From assembly GCF_019243775.1 (NCBI RefSeq), contig NZ_CP069157.1:2467418-2491417 (forward strand): a DNA stretch of 24,000 nt, written 5' to 3'. Below are positions 23,440 through 24,000 of this stretch, piece by piece. The position numbers and the translations under genes were made by a program. The notes beneath the pieces are model-generated. The model made no database searches. It saw only the letters and a program-made list of their open reading frames with translations, and was not told the DNA's origin. Positions within the stretch are counted from its first letter, which is position 1; each line of letters starts with the position of its first letter. This stretch comes from Morganella morganii. Lineage in GTDB: Bacteria; Pseudomonadota; Gammaproteobacteria; Enterobacterales; Enterobacteriaceae.

Positions 23440-24000
23440 ATGAAAAAGACAGCTATCGCAGTAGCAGTGGCAGTGGCAGCTTTCGCAAGCGTTGCGCAGG
23501 CAGCTCCAAAAGACAATACCTGGTATACCGGTGGTAAATTAGGTTGGTCTCAGTATCAGAACACCGGTACTGGTTTTGACGGTGAAAGCTTAGGCAACAC
23601 TGGTCCGGTTCATAAAGATCAGCTCGGCGCTGGTATCTATGCTGGTTATCAGCACAACCAGTACATGGGCTTTGAATTAGGTTATGACTGGTTAGGTCGT
23701 ATGCCTTACAAAGGCGACGGTAACAACGGCGCATTCAAAGCACAGGGCGTTCAGCTGACTACCAAACTGAGCTATCCGGTAATGGATGACTTAGACGTTT
23801 ATACCCGTCTGGGTGCAATGGTATGGCGTGCAGACGCAACCGCATCTATCGATGGTGAGCGCGTTAAAGGCAACGACACTGGTGTTTCTCCGCTGTTCGC
23901 ACTGGGTACTGAGTATGCAATCACCCGTGATATCGCAGCTCGCGTAGAATATCAGTGGATCAACAACATCGGCGATAAAGAAACCACTATGGCACGTCCT
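23440..24000 (+). CDS. ompA: Outer-membrane protein A, N-terminal 187 codons (continues beyond the window)
   Basis: I translated this by hand; it is absent from the ORF track because there is no stop. [40 protein letters not shown]...[17 protein letters not shown]...[13 protein letters not shown]...[10 protein letters not shown]. The RBS context TTTGGATGATAACGAGGCGTAAAATG is conserved with E. coli. Confidence 0.95.
   Translation, partial: MKKTAIAVAVAVAAFASVAQAAPKDNTWYTGGKLGWSQYQNTGTGFDGESLGNTGPVHKDQLGAGIYAGYQHNQYMGFELGYDWLGRMPYKGDGNNGAFKAQGVQLTTKLSYPVMDDLDVYTRLGAMVWRADATASIDGERVKGNDTGVSPLFALGTEYAITRDIAARVEYQWINNIGDKETTMARP

Noticed and set aside
1-24000. Window-wide look for CRISPR arrays, IS elements or transposases, integrases, toxin-antitoxin pairs and known defence systems
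   Set aside because: I saw no regularly spaced repeats, no transposase-, integrase- or nuclease-like ORFs, and no small adjacent ORF pairs with toxin-antitoxin features. Every ORF over 90 aa that is not an antisense shadow has a conventional assignment, apart from the orphan lipoprotein.

Overview
The window reads as an Enterobacterales chromosome segment. Core genes of roughly 50% G+C beside AT-rich fimbrial genes, plus an MrpJ-type regulator, suggest Morganellaceae such as Morganella; that taxon call is inference only. All homology statements come from reading the translations and from remembered E. coli/Proteus sequences; no searches were run.

Right-hand ~9 kb (15.0-24.0 kb): a conserved housekeeping cluster collinear with the E. 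coli 22-min region. It runs tusE, yccX, hspQ, yccU, mgsA, helD, yccS, sxy/tfoX, sulA, ompA (3' end off-window). A LexA box, the ompA promoter and 5'UTR, and several intrinsic terminators are recognisable.

Left-hand ~14.8 kb, ending at a tRNA-Ser(UGA), is a patchwork of accessory-looking modules:
- A chaperone-usher fimbrial operon: MrpJ-like regulator, major pilin, second pilin, chaperone, usher and a two-domain adhesin that runs off the left edge. A ~870-bp extremely AT-rich ORF-free region lies upstream.
- A yeaR-yoaG pair whose yoaG appears internally duplicated.
- A Gate-domain membrane protein plus a YjdJ-type GNAT operon.
- A DUF554 membrane protein.
- A decayed MerR-family gene behind an intact MerR-type promoter/operator.
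- yeeE-yeeD (thiosulfate uptake).
- An fdhF homologue with Cys (TGT) where E. coli has selenocysteine, behind a good sigma-54 promoter.
- A low-GC orphan lipoprotein gene.

I found no CRISPR array, IS/transposase, integrase, phage gene or recognisable defence system. I cannot honestly point to a convincing novel multi-gene system. The most unusual items are the Cys-type FdhF, the tandem-DUF1869 YoaG, the MerR relic, the unrecognised adhesin receptor domain, and the large AT-rich fimbrial control region.
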